Shown: positions 37,510 to 50,143 of the stretch, in pieces
Numbering within the stretch: position 1 is the stretch's first letter
How the letters are laid out: each line of letters starts with the position of its first letter
From: Octopus bimaculoides
Taxonomy: Eukaryota
DNA: 64,000 nucleotides
NCBI RefSeq assembly: GCF_001194135.2
Contig: NC_068982.1
Span: forward strand, 177,143,671-177,207,670
Reading direction: 5' to 3'
The notes under the pieces: model-generated
What the model saw: only the letters and a program-made list of their open reading frames with translations
Database searches by the model: none
What the model was told of the DNA's origin: nothing
Position numbers and translations under genes: made by a program

Positions 37510-39560
37510 GCATTAGAGAGAGACACCTCTAAGTCATTTCTCTCTCCGTTTTACAGGCGCTGTTCAGGCATAACTACCATGTTATACCACATTCAAGAAA
37601 TTTATTGAGACGCAGCAACACCCTATTTAGCCTCACCTTCCTTTCTTAGTCAAACTTGAAGAAGTTGATGAGTGTTTGATTAAGGAGGTGTTTGCTTTCA
37701 GCCCTTACAGTCCCGTCCACAACACCTCTTTTATTATGACCACGAAGCAGAAAAGAAATTCCTGTACTTGCCGGCCAAAGGATGGTGGTGTGAAGATTTT
37801 CATAGTGGTTTGATCCGTCATGCGAGCGATAGCAGCCATTCGATATAACTTCATATACGTCATCAATGCTCGAACAGCACCATAGGTGTGCGTGCATGAC
37901 AGTTTCGTCGCTTCACAAGCATCACGGGTATGGCTGGCTGATGGTAATATTATGCTTGTACAGTTTATCCAGAAACAGTTAATCATCCTGGTAGCACTCT
38001 CAGGATAGAAATTATCCATCGAAATCCTCCGGAAAAGAACAATCAGTTTTCCCGAGAAGTTCGTCACTGTTTCCTGCCATTAATACCTTATAGACTTGAC
38101 AGTGGAAGTTCCATTGATTGCCTTGTCCAACTGTTTGAGGGTTGTGAGCACCTGATGATACTCGAAATGCGAAGCATCATACTTCAATCTACAGCTGATC
38201 CATGATTGCTATTCTGTCAAAGAAATGAAGCGTGGGGAAGTGAGTTACAGCCCTGTTTACCACCAAGAAAGCGCTGAAGACGCAACCTCATCCCTCCACT
38301 GCTTGCCATTTGCCATGAAATACCCAGCCCTCTTTGCAGCAGATTTTGACAGCACGTGAACCGTCTGATCAGCGGCGTCCGTTCCTGCTACAAAAGTCGG
38401 AAGAGTAAGCGCTCCTGCCCGGTGAAACATGAAGCAGGGCAGGGTGGGACAAGCATGACAATCAAATGTAATATAAACGTTCGCCACTTTCGACCGAATC
38501 TTCAGGAATAGCTTCCACGCGGACCATTTCATGCTGAGACTTGCCATTTGTGTTTGTCCTTCTGGAAATCCGGACCAAACCAAACTGCAAGTAATTTAAC
38601 AAGTGCGTCAGTCCAGCACCCCATGATGCTGTCAGCCTCCCAATGTGGCTGGCTGCGGGCTTGCCGACTTTATTTGCTTAATTCTTGACCCTGCCACCAC
38701 TTCGTACGCCTTCAAAGCAGTACTGATTATGTCGGTATGTTTGGTATCCGACACAATTATAGTGATGTCGTATCATATACTGATACGACTCTACTGCATT
38801 GTAACTCTCGTGAAATTCACGAAGAAACCTCTAGGTTGCTCATTGTGGATCAAGCGTCAGTACATATAGAAGGTGCGTGAAGGGGAAGTTGGGAAGGACC
38901 AAACGTATAATAAACACCGGTTAAGATAGATGGTGACTTACTAAAACCACCGCGCACGTATCACTGTCCATTGCACTCAGGCAATCTCTTATGATGGACA
39001 CGAAACAGTGGCCATGCAAACATCCACCAAGTATTGATGGTAAACCCTATTGAAATGGTTTGATGTATTTAAAGTAATCAGATCACCACCCATGCGAGAT
39101 TTGTAACTAGTCTTTTCTATGATGTATCGTGTGAAAATGAGCCTTTCGAAGAATTATACCTCCATAGCTGAGAGCTACAGCAGGGCATCTTCTCTAAGCT
39201 GTCATCAGCTCCATACGATTAACGAAAATTCGGCTGAAAGGCTGCACATAAGTTCTTAGAATTGTACAACTTGCACACATCCCAATCTGTTAGCGACCAA
39301 ATTCTGACTTTGTACCCGTATTGTGCTTCTGCCACCTATACCCATCGAACTTCTTTCGTTCTCACATGTCCCAAAGCAAGCACACGCCGTATTTCTGATT
39401 GCTCAAAAGCCAATCTTGCTGCCAATATGACAGGTGTAGTGTTTTTCGTAAGCTCCCCTTCTAGCTTCTTCACTAGTTCTCACTGTCACCTAAAATTTTC
39501 CGTACTTCCACACCACATCCTGTCCACTCAAGTTGCGCTTCGGGGCTAATCACCATTGAT
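37510..39560 (-). mobile_element. Tx1/L1-clade LINE, RT and C-terminal region (decayed)
   Basis: Minus-strand pieces ILVANRL, LITLNTSKPF, LLYVLTLDP, SI*YDITIIVSD...ALKAYEVVAGSRI (decayed YADD region) and PPSFGRQVQEF...KEVLW. No intact ORF. Confidence 0.75.
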
Positions 39561-40221
39561 TGCTGAGTTTTCCCCCAATGTAACTGGCTTCCTTTTAATC
39601 TCTTCACTCAGCACTAACCAACCAATCGATAAAATACACAATTATCTAAGATTTCTGGTACGTACATTGGACGTAGGGTTAGTGTAATTGTTAAATTAGG
39701 CGCCAGATTGGTAGAAAAGATACAATCTATGCTAGTTGACGCTGATGCTGATGTTAAAAATTCTTTAAAATGCTTTACATTCTTATAAACATTATTTGAT
39801 TTACGTTTAGGTATTGTATATGTATACATACTCATCAAAACATACGCATACATATGCGCATTCACACACGAGCAAACACACACACGTTAAGATGAAGATG
39901 CTTAAATTGCATAACTAGAAGTAATCAATAAAAAGGACTCAACCAATTTGGACAGCAGGCATTATTGATAAAGATTTCAGGAAAACAGCTGGAAGGTTTC
40001 AAAGAGATGAATAATAGTAAGGAAAGAAAGAAACGAAGGAGGGAAGGAAGGAAGGGGGAAAAAGGAAAGAAATAAGGAAAGAAGAAAGGAAAAAGAAAGA
40101 TGGATAGAATGACTGAGGGATACATAGATATACATGTAGCAACCTAGGTAGATGGGTGTGAAGGAAGATAATGGATGAATTCTCACACACATACAAAACT
40201 TAAACGTATAGGGATGTGTTT

Positions 40222-40230
40222 GAGAGTGAC

Positions 40231-40263
<33 letters not shown>

Positions 40264-40388
40264 TAGGGAGAGAGAGAAAGGGGAGAGAGAGGAGGGAGAG
40301 AGAGGAGGGAGAGTGAGGGAGGGAGAGAGAGGAGGGAGAGAGAGGGGAGGGAGAGAGAGGAGGGAGTGAGAGAGTAAACTTGAGAGAG
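40222..40388. repeat. GA-rich polypurine tract
   Basis: Read directly. Confidence 0.9.
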
Positions 40389-40856
40389 AGTTGGGTCTTT
40401 TACTTATTAAGAGGAGTGTACTGTAGGACTATATCATACGCACATGCTAATAGACACATATACGCCAATGTATCAGTAGAACCAGTCAGACATACTATCG
40501 TATTTAAATTTTCAAAAAATTGTTCATTGTGTATCAATTCGTCTAAAAGAGATCTGGAGAAAGATTGCGTTATTTTCTATCAAAGGTTCAATAAATCTAA
40601 TCAGCAGCTTGTTAATACTTCAAATGATTATTTTATCAATCCTATAGCATTTCTTTAATATTACGTAAGTTGTTTATTCTGTTTAATTGAAACTAACTTT
40701 AAGGGCAGTCGTTGATTTAAAAAGGGTTAGTGAAACAGAAACGATCTGAAATAACATTAACGTATAGCGTTGAAATGGTGCAGTAAAGAAATTTCTATAA
40801 CAACCATGACCTAATTAGACAACATAAATTTGGTAGACGAAAACCGTGCAAAGACC

Positions 40857-40915
<59 letters not shown>

Positions 40916-41819
40916 NNNNNNNNNNNNNNNNNNNNNNNNNNNNNNNNNNNNNNNNNNNNNNNNNNNNNNNNNNNNNNNNNNNNNNNNNNNNNNNNNNNNN
41001 NNNNNNNNNNNNNNNNNNNNNNNNNNNNNNNNNNNNNNNNNNNNNNNNNNNNNNNNNNNNNNNNNNNNNNNNNNNNNNNNNNNNNNNNNNNNNNNNNNNN
41101 NNNNNNNNNNNNNNNNNNNNNNNNNNNNNNNNNNNNNNNNNNNNNNNNNNNNNNNNNNNNNNNNNNNNNNNNNNNNNNNNNNNNNNNNNNNNNNNNNNNN
41201 NNNNNNNNNNNNNNNNNNNNNNNNNNNNNNNNNNNNNNNNNNNNNNNNNNNNNNNNNNNNNNNNNNNNNNNNNNNNNNNNNNNNNNNNNNNNNNNNNNNN
41301 NNNNNNNNNNNNNNNNNNNNNNNNNNNNNNNNNNNNNNNNNNNNNNNNNNNNNNNNNNNNNNNNNNNNNNNNNNNNNNNNNNNNNNNNNNNNNNNNNNNN
41401 NNNNNNNNNNNNNNNNNNNNNNNNNNNNNNNNNNNNNNNNNNNNNNNNNNNNNNNNNNNNNNNNNNNNNNNNNNNNNNNNNNNNNNNNNNNNNNNNNNNN
41501 NNNNNNNNNNNNNNNNNNNNNNNNNNNNNNNNNNNNNNNNNNNNNNNNNNNNNNNNNNNNNNNNNNNNNNNNNNNNNNNNNNNNNNNNNNNNNNNNNNNN
41601 NNNNNNNNNNNNNNNNNNNNNNNNNNNNNNNNNNNNNNNNNNNNNNNNNNNNNNNNNNNNNNNNNNNNNNNNNNNNNNNNNNNNNNNNNNNNNNNNNNNN
41701 NNNNNNNNNNNNNNNNNNNNNNNNNNNNNNNNNNNNNNNNNNNNNNNNNNNNNNNNNNNNNNNNNNNNNNNNNNNNNNNNNNNNNNNNNNNNNNNNNNGT
41801 GTGTGTATGTGTGTGTGTG

Positions 41820-41857
<38 letters not shown>

Positions 41858-41859
41858 TT

Positions 41860-42015
41860 TATTTAAAAGCAGCAGAAATATAACAAAAGACTGTTACTCT
41901 GAGTTTCACGTTCCCGTTCATCGGACAGTTTGTTATATATATTTATATTTACATATATATACATGCAGACATATATATAAACGACTGTTGTGTGTGTTTC
42001 TGCATATATAAATAA
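41860..42015 (-). mobile_element. Short hairpin-like repeat unit (PLE pLTR-type) carrying a hammerhead
   Basis: Imperfect outer arms (gcagaaa / tttctgc, ttatt / aataa) enclose the ribozyme. The unit lies next to (TA)n. Confidence 0.5.
41878..41938 (-). ncRNA. Type I hammerhead ribozyme (minimal, PLE-type)
   Basis: AUAUAACAAA-CUGU CCGAUGA ACG-GGAA-CGU GAAA CUC-A-GAG UA^ ACAG-UCU-UUUGUUAUAU. All three helices pair, the triplet is GUA, and the only core deviation is U4C. Confidence 0.75.
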
Positions 42016-43679
42016 ATAGGAAAATTCATTCCTCTACCAGTATAGTTAACTGTTTATTCAATAAACGTATTATAAAGCTGTATCCTAAAGTACTGTTAAA
42101 ATTCTCGTGTATCAAAATTCATTCATATTAGCTGGAACTGTGAATATTTCATGGAATTTATAGTAAACGTATAGGGTTTATTCCTAAAAACTTTATCCAA
42201 ATACCTGAAAACGTAGCTTCTGTTTGTGTATATATCAAAAGATAGTCGCCCATCGCTTTGTATATATACTTTATATACTTTATGCACAATTCTTTAGACT
42301 TAATACAAAGTACACATAAAATAAATATTCACTCTTATTTTCCCACTTTTGACATTAACAGAAAAAATTATATTTTAAAATTCATATGGTCACAATTTCA
42401 TATCCAGAAAACAAGCACTTTATAGTTAAAAAAATTATTTTATATGTAAAATATGGGGATCACGATTTCATGGGGGTAAAAATTGAACGCAACGTGGCAA
42501 ACACTGACAACCATATCATTGGTAACTTATAAGCCATGGCAATGGGTCAGAGCCAATGCACACTTTTCAATCCAATACTTCTTTGCAGACTATGTTCTTC
42601 GTGTAAGTTCTCCCTCTTCTTTTCATTTGTTTGTCAGTGTTGATAACTCTAACTCTCACATCAGATAATTTGCGAGCCTTTGAGAATGCAACACATAGCT
42701 AAGCATGGCCGAATACAGGTTCAAGCAAGAACAGCCACTTTATCTAATATCCGCCATTATGATTTATTGGTAGTCATTGCATAAAGTGAATGGCAAGTTT
42801 AGGATGCGCATGCGTTAAGTGTTAAGTGCTATAAAAAAGACTTAGTTCAACTAAAAGTATTACATTTCACTATACACTCATCATTGCCACCACCACCACT
42901 ATCATCTCGTAGAATATATAAGGGTTTAAAATATAAAAGTATTAGATTTAGACCACAAGTGAGTACAATGCGACAGCTCCTCCATTTATAAGGAATGAGA
43001 GTGATAGTAGGTTTAGTATAATAGAACGATTTAAAATACTTCAAGAAGTTACAAAATTACCTAATCAGCGAAGTGAGCACGGGATTTCATGTAGATATAA
43101 ATTTCTGAAAACATTACATTTTTTTAACGTAATATCTGCTTATATATGAATAGTCAAATTCCAAAGAACAATGCGCCAATAATGTATCCACGAAATACAA
43201 GTAAATGACAAGAGAACATGGATTTGCTTATTAGCTCATTCAAAGGCAAAGTTATTGATTTAACTAGCATAACACCTCCAAAATATAGAGCTACGTACGA
43301 AAATATACGCGTATATGCATGTATGTATGTTGTCTTTTGTTTTTAATTATTTGAATTCTTCCTCTAATTAAGGAGCTGGTTTTTAACAAAAATACAACGC
43401 TCCATCTTTGAAAAGTAGGTAACCAAAACAAATTTACATATTAAACTTGAGAAATAGCTTACATATTTTACCTCCCCCCCTACAGATTATAACTGTAATG
43501 CGCAAATTGGTAGGTTCATTTGTTTTTCTGACAAACCTACCCTTTCCAGATTGCCACTTGGACATTTACTCACAAAAGCAAGGGCACCGACTATTATTAG
43601 AACAAATGTGATTTTATGTCGAAGCAGTTGTTCATAGCTATGCTCTTTGTCTGATTTTCGATGAGATTTTCACATCAAT

Positions 43680-44070
43680 AAGACTGGTGTCCTCAATGAC
43701 GGTATATAGTTTTTACTGTCTGTCCCAAACAAGATCCAGCACGTTATGTTTTAACCTAACACATTTCGATGGGAATGCTCCAATAGTAGTCCTTGAGTTG
43801 ATATTTGTGCAGTATTCAACGACAGGGGATTTTCTATATTTATTCCAGAAGGGTTTTTTTACGAATGGTACAGCATATTGTTTTTGGGGGGCTTTTTGTC
43901 TGTTTGTTAGTTTGTTGGCTTTTTTTTTTAGACAACGTTGTGTCACATACGGAGGTAGTATCTTGATAAACATTTTTGGGCATCGCACGAAGTCTGTAAT
44001 ATCCTCTCCAGAAATATTGCATAAATTACATTTTCGGTTGCATCTTGATGATCCATGAACTCTCTGCAAT
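43680..44070 (-). mobile_element. R4-like RLE non-LTR fragment (family Y), CCHC knuckle region
   Basis: CNRKCNLCNISGEDITDFVRCPKM / RYYLRM*HNVV / KHNVLDLVWD match C..C...EDITHI...CPKM..RYYLPxRHDxV...HNKPDLVxW. Confidence 0.7.
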
Positions 44071-44289
44071 TATATGCACAACTGTGCACGTACTCAAACA
44101 CGACAAAATGCATAATGCAAGTATGTGTGTGTACGTGAGTGTGTGTGTGTGTGTATGCGTGTGCCAGTGTGTGTGTGTATGCGTGTGCCAGTGTGTGTAC
44201 GTGTGTGCATATATTCTGTATGGATATGCATATACATATGTGGTTTTATTCATGTTCATATTTATAAATTTGGACCAGACAGGAGACGA

Positions 44290-44640
44290 AATTATGGATA
44301 ACGCTAAGAGGAAGATCCTAAAATACTAGAAACAGAAGGACAATAGACAACGAAACAGGTTGAAGTGGGGGACACGAGAGAATACGACCAGTTGCTTCAG
44401 CGGTAGGCGCGAAAAAGTAAAGAGAAAGAGAAAAAGCAAAAAAGATTAACAAGAGTCACATGTTAGTAGTAGGGGGAGAAAAGTGGTAGAGAGCAGAGAG
44501 GGAAGGCGATAGACTGGAGAAGCTAGCAGCAGATATGTAGAGAGGGAAGAGTAGAAACAGAGCGAGAGAGAGAAAAGAAAATCAGGGATACGAAAAGCCG
44601 TCGTACGAATATATAACAAATCACATACTGTAGATAAAAT
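44290..44640. repeat. Purine-rich interspersed repeat (unclassified)
   Basis: Same compositional style as 12260-12870. Confidence 0.3.
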
Positions 44641-45249
44641 TAAAGGTACGTACTGTTCCATTAATTAATAAGTTTAAAACATATAATACATTCACAAGCA
44701 AACGGAAAACAGACAGAAAAGGTCCTCCTTTCCTGATCACGCTGACTGAGGGTTTGATCGCTAATATTTGTCATTACCGGTCGCTAATATATATTACTCT
44801 CTATGCCTTTTACCAGTAAACAAATTAAGCATCGATGGAAAAGAGTTGATGGAAATACTCAATGAAATGAGTCAGAAAGTGAACTGATGATATATCTACA
44901 ATAACGCGCCCTCCTGATGACAGTTTATCTTCTATCTGACGCCCTCTGTTCTACTGTATGTTCATTTATCCCATCGGATGCCAAGTATAAATTGCTTCCC
45001 CAAGCACATGTAGGACATTTCATAGCCATTGCCACGATTCTGGATTCTGTCAATATCTTTTCAGTTCAATAATTTTACTTATGTTACCTGTCTCTTTCAG
45101 TTTAACAATAATTATGTATTATGTAATTTCCATTACGTAACTAATGAACTAATAGTAAGTTGGTGTAAGTTATGAAAACTAATCGTAAGCTGGTGCATGT
45201 AATTATCTTATAGACAGTCTTTCGTGTTTATAGATATAAAGTTAGTGTA

Positions 45250-45538
45250 AGGACGCATGGGTCAGTGGTTAGAGCGTCGGTTAGTGCGATTGTGAGTTCT
45301 TGAGCAAGATAATTTATTTCACGTTGCCCCAGTTCACTCAGCAATAGAAATGAGTTGCAACATCACTAGTGTATCGGTCTTTGACTCTTCGTTGAACAAT
45401 ATCGGTGTCATAGAGCGGGGAGACTGAAATGCAGCAGTGACTACTAGTTTCCCACAAAGAACTTTATCCGGGCTGTACCTCAGAGGAGAACTTTCTAGAT
45501 GCAATCCCATGGTCATTCTTGACAGAAGGGGTGGTCTT
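45250..45538 (+). mobile_element. SINE family C (long-tail subtype), internally deleted
   Basis: GGACGCATGGGTCAGTGGTTAGAGCG head, cttgagcaagataatttatttcacgttg, and the tail gatgcaatcccatggtc shared with 52095-52637. Confidence 0.8.
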
Positions 45539-45561
45539 AATTAATATATATATATATATAT

Positions 45562-46434
45562 ATAAATTAAGAAATGGAGTCAAATGCAGGTGTTATTCTA
45601 TCCAACATATGTTTCGAAGAAAGCATTGAGATTATTCCGGAGGGAATAAAATGATGTAAAACAGTACAATCATATCGTCAGGGAAATAGAGATAAACAAA
45701 ACACATCAATAAGCCATTTTAACCGTTAATTGTTAGCCATTACTCGACATTAGACATATCAATAAACGCAACAATACTGGCTATATATATTAATTTGGTC
45801 TCTAAAGGAACATAAACAATACGATTTGGAATGGAAAATTCTATCTAGATACTTCCCATATGGCAAAGATAAACCTTTTTCTCCGATCTGTAACGAAGAA
45901 CAATTTCTCATCATTTTTTTGGTGAATAGTCTTGTAATCGCGTTTAAAGAACGAGTTTATCGTTGAAAACATTGGCAAAAACATGCCTTTAGTTCTCATG
46001 AGTAATTTCTACCAATCCATAAAATTCGACCTTTAACTATCTTCTTACTTTTCATTTCCACTACATATATCTATTTCCACGCTTTTTAGCTTTATTCACA
46101 TTCTTCTACCACACTATATTTCCCCACACTTAATTTTCTGTTAATTTCTTTCTTTCTCCTCCGTTCTCTAAATTACCTATGACGTTAAATCTATTGACGA
46201 TTTTTCAAAAAATAACTTGCCAGCGTTCCCTCTTCATCATATACGCGGTAATCACATTCGGTTAAAATGGTTTATTGGTGTGTTATGTTTCTCTTTTTTT
46301 TTTCCTGACGAGATGATTGCATTGTTTTACATCATTTTTATTCCATCCGGAATAATTTCAATGCTTTCATTGAAACATGTTGGAAGTATAAATGGATTTA
46401 ATAACACTGCGTTTGACTCCATTTCTTAATTTAT
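45562..46434. mobile_element. Non-autonomous element with about 165-bp terminal inverted repeats
   Basis: ataaattaagaaatggagtcaaa...attattccgg...tgatgtaaaaca...ccattttaaccg (45562-45725) is the reverse complement of 46259-46434. About 530 bp of non-coding interior. Confidence 0.85.
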
Positions 46435-47079
46435 CTACGTTATACAAAAATATTGCACTTAACACTGAAATTTCTACTTTTATAATAGGTTGTAATATCC
46501 TCGGCACTTGTGTGAATTTTTGCTATCCTGGTTACTATTTATTTATTTTTTCCTTTCCGTGTTATTTGTACACATTAAAAAAATGCACACAAATACACAC
46601 TTATATATNNNNNNNNNNNNNNNNNNNNNNNNNNNNNNNNNNNNNNNNNNNNNNNNNNNNNNNNNNNNNNNNNNNNNNNNNNNNNNNNNNNNNNNNNNNN
46701 NNNNNNNNNNNNNNNNNNNNNNNNNNNNNNNNNNNNNNATAAATTTAGATTCAGGTACATGTGGTACTTAAGTTTAGGCACCAGAATTTAGTATGGTATT
46801 ATCCATACAGTTTCAAAATAAGGTGATTAAAATCAAAATAAGCAACAAGGATATCCAGAAGTAATGCAGTACGATCGTTTCATGCGATTCCATGTAATTG
46901 AACAATGTAAACATTGCATCAAATATAAAATGTAGAGCAATCTTCGGCTGCACAAAGACATAGAAATTTAGAAATTTAATGAAATTAAATTTGAACAGAA
47001 TGACATTTTTATAATTAAATGTAAACTCTCCCGGTAGAAAGGAGGAATGCTAAAGACCATTTTGACTTAGCCAGACTAT

Positions 47080-47400
47080 ACAGGCTAGTGTATTTAAATC
47101 AGTGTAATTTAAATCAGGAAGTTTTTCTCCATAAAAATTCAATTTATCTGTTCGTAAAAAAATTAATACACGCCGTTAAATGTAAAGGATATAACAAAGA
47201 TTACATACAGAGGTCAGATAAAATCTCTTTATCGGAAATAGAGTAACTATTCATAGACAACAAACATGAGATCCCAGTACTAGACAGATCCGACTGAATG
47301 GGCACGGATAAACAAAGAAAATATATTTATACAAAAATATGAACTAAGCCTGAATAAACCTTAACAAACTACCTTTACCAATAACTATTCACTGATAGAC
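47080..47400 (+). mobile_element. Penelope-like element, GIY-YIG fragment (lineage Z-like)
   Basis: LIHAVKCKGYNKDYI and RVTIHRQQT*DPSTRQIRL match IYxIxCxxCxxxYIG...RxTVHRQQI. Confidence 0.7.
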
Positions 47401-47978
47401 TCATTCTGCTACTTGACATGCTGAATTTATACAGCTAACAACATAAAGTTTGGATAGAATCATGACTTTTATCCGTATGACACAAACGTACAAATTTAGT
47501 GCAGAATAAAATTGCCGCGTGCGAACATAGATGCAAATCATAACTATTCAATCATTGGGCTACATAGAAACAAATCCTGTCACTTGATAGATGAAATTTA
47601 GAGAGCCTTGCTTGCGACTGTCACTAGACATATTCACTCAACCGTATCAGCCTTAATTTTCGTCGCAAAAACATAGTTACATTATATTAAGGCACTGAGT
47701 AGCCAGGAATGTATACAAATTTCAAAGGATAATCAAGTGATCAGCCGCTACTACACTTGATAAATTAAATTCAGGCAACGTTGATTGTCATTAGACATGT
47801 TCCTTCAACCGTGACAGCCTTGACTTACGGCGTAAAACATATTGTCACATCATATTAAATAATACACATAGCAGTAAACTTTAAAATTTTCTAAATAAAG
47901 ATAATCTAAAAGAATCCCAGTGCATTTCCAACATTTTTTCTATACTCCTTCTCGTGTCAAATAAAATAACTTTGTTTA

Positions 47979-48005
<27 letters not shown>

Positions 48006-48009
<4 letters not shown>

Positions 48010-48370
48010 ACCGTCATTAAAGATGACTGAAGGTGTTATAAACACCTACATTGCTAGAAATAGGGGCTAAACAGTATAATGCTACAGCCAAATCACATAA
48101 TTGTATACAGCAGTCGTGATATTCTCAAATTGATCGGTCAGTTTCGAGTTTTGCCGTAGTGGGATCGGCCTAACTCACCTGATTCGGGACGGTGATCACT
48201 CTCAGCATATATGTCTACACCATAGAAATCTATGGATAATTTAGCGAATCGCTAATGCGTACACAAATAATTTTTTTCGGCAGCAGTAAGCAAATGTGTG
48301 GCAACAAGAACTATAACCGTCATTAAATATGACTGACAGTGTTATATATATATATATATATATAACACCT
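48006..48370. repeat. Direct repeat pair TATAACCGTCATTAAA(G/T)ATGACTGA...GTGTTATA
   Basis: Copies at 48006-48047 and 48312-48370, each with small internal hairpins. Confidence 0.75.
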
Positions 48371-48927
48371 TCCACCACATTTGTCGTAAAACTGAAAATC
48401 CCAAACAAGAGATGTAATTGGAATCACCAACGTCTATTTATATATAACACCTGTATTCTAGAGCACAGTTTTTGATGTTGAAAGTTTAAGATTTTCGCCT
48501 TGAAGCCTACTGATTTATTGAAGGAGGTTCGATGGGATTTAGTTTACATGTTTATCATCCTTAAGTGCTAGGATTTCTAAGAATGTCACATAAAATAAAT
48601 ATTATCCTGAATGAAATTTATACAAAAATCTACTCATATAGATGTCCCCGTTGGGTTGTTGGGTCACTTTTTATAATAAAGTAGTAAATTTTGCTTTGTC
48701 AAATTAGGGAATTCTATATTTTGTTGCATAGAAGTGAGGCTACGGCATATTAAATCAATAACTGTGCGTTTCAATGATTCTCAGTGTGGTGGCAGAAGCA
48801 TCAAATTATACCCATGTTATAAATGGAAATTTCACATACACAAATGGATTAGCCTTTCACTGCTGTCATGTGAAGTGTCCACTGATGTATAGACATTACA
48901 GACATTGCGACACACATAAACAAATAA

Positions 48928-48986
<59 letters not shown>

Positions 48987-49748
48987 NNNNNNNNNNNNNN
49001 NNNNNNNNNNNNNNNNNNNNNNNNNNNNNNNNNNNNNNNNNNNNNNNNNNNNNNNNNNNNNNNNNNNNNNNNNNNNNNNNNNNNNNNNNNNNNNNNNNNN
49101 NNNNNNNNNNNNNNNNNNNNNNNNNNNNNNNNNNNNNNNNNNNNNNNNNNNNNNNNNNNNNNNNNNNNNNNNNNNNNNNNNNNNNNNNNNNNNNNNNNNN
49201 NNNNNNNNNNNNNNNNNNNNNNNNNNNNNNNNNNNNNNNNNNNNNNNNNNNNNNNNNNNNNNNNNNNNNNNNNNNNNNNNNNNNNNNNNNNNNNNNNNNN
49301 NNNNNNNNNNNNNNNNNNNNNNNNNNNNNNNNNNNNNNNNNNNNNNNNNNNNNNNNNNNNNNNNNNNNNNNNNNNNNNNNNNNNNNNNNNNNNNNNNNNN
49401 NNNNNNNNNNNNNNNNNNNNNNNNNNNNNNNNNNNNNNNNNNNNNNNNNNNNNNNNNNNNNNNNNNNNNNNNNNNNNNNNNNNNNNNNNNNNNNNNNNNN
49501 NNNNNNNNNNNNNNNNNNNNNNNNNNNNNNNNNNNNNNNNNNNNNNNNNNNNNNNNNNNNNNNNNNNNNNNNNNNNNNNNNNNNNNNNNNNNNNNNNNNN
49601 NNNNNNNNNNNNNNNNNNNNNNNNNNNNNNNNNNNNNNNNNNNNNNNNNNNNNNNNNNNNNNNNNNNNNNNNNNNNNNNNNNNNNNNNNNNNNNNNNNNT
49701 ATATATATATATATCATTTATTATGATATATATATTATTTATTATATA

Positions 49749-50143
49749 GAGGCACAGGAGTGGTTGGGTGGTATGTAGCTTGCTTACCGACCACATGGTT
49801 ATGGGTTCAGTCCCACTCCATGGCATCTTGAGCAAGTGACTCACACTATAGCCTCGGGCCGACCAAAGCCTTGTGCGTGGATTTGGTTGACAGAAACTGA
49901 GAGAAGCCCGTCGTATATGTGTGTGTGTGTTTGTATGTGAGTGTGTGTTTGTGTGTCTGTCCCTGCAATACTACTTGACAAACAATGCTGGTGTGTTTAC
50001 CCCCCGTAACTTAGCGGTTCAGCAAAACAGACCGATAGAATAAGTACTAGGCTTACAGAGAATAAATCCCTGGGCGATTTGCACGACTAAAAGCGGTGCT
50101 CCAGCATGGCTGCAGTCAAATGACTGAAACAAGCAAAAGAAAA
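49749..50143 (+). mobile_element. SINE family A, full length
   Basis: GGCACAGGAGTGGTTGGGTGG head, GGGTTCAGTCCC, internal (TG)n, and the tail CAAATGACTGAAACAAGCAAAAG. Confidence 0.9.

Noticed and set aside
33674-42610. Plus-strand splice-like signals (33674 acceptor; 14-nt candidate at about 42589-42602; also about 20280)
   Set aside because: Isolated, no recognisable product, and such signals are expected by chance in AT-rich DNA.
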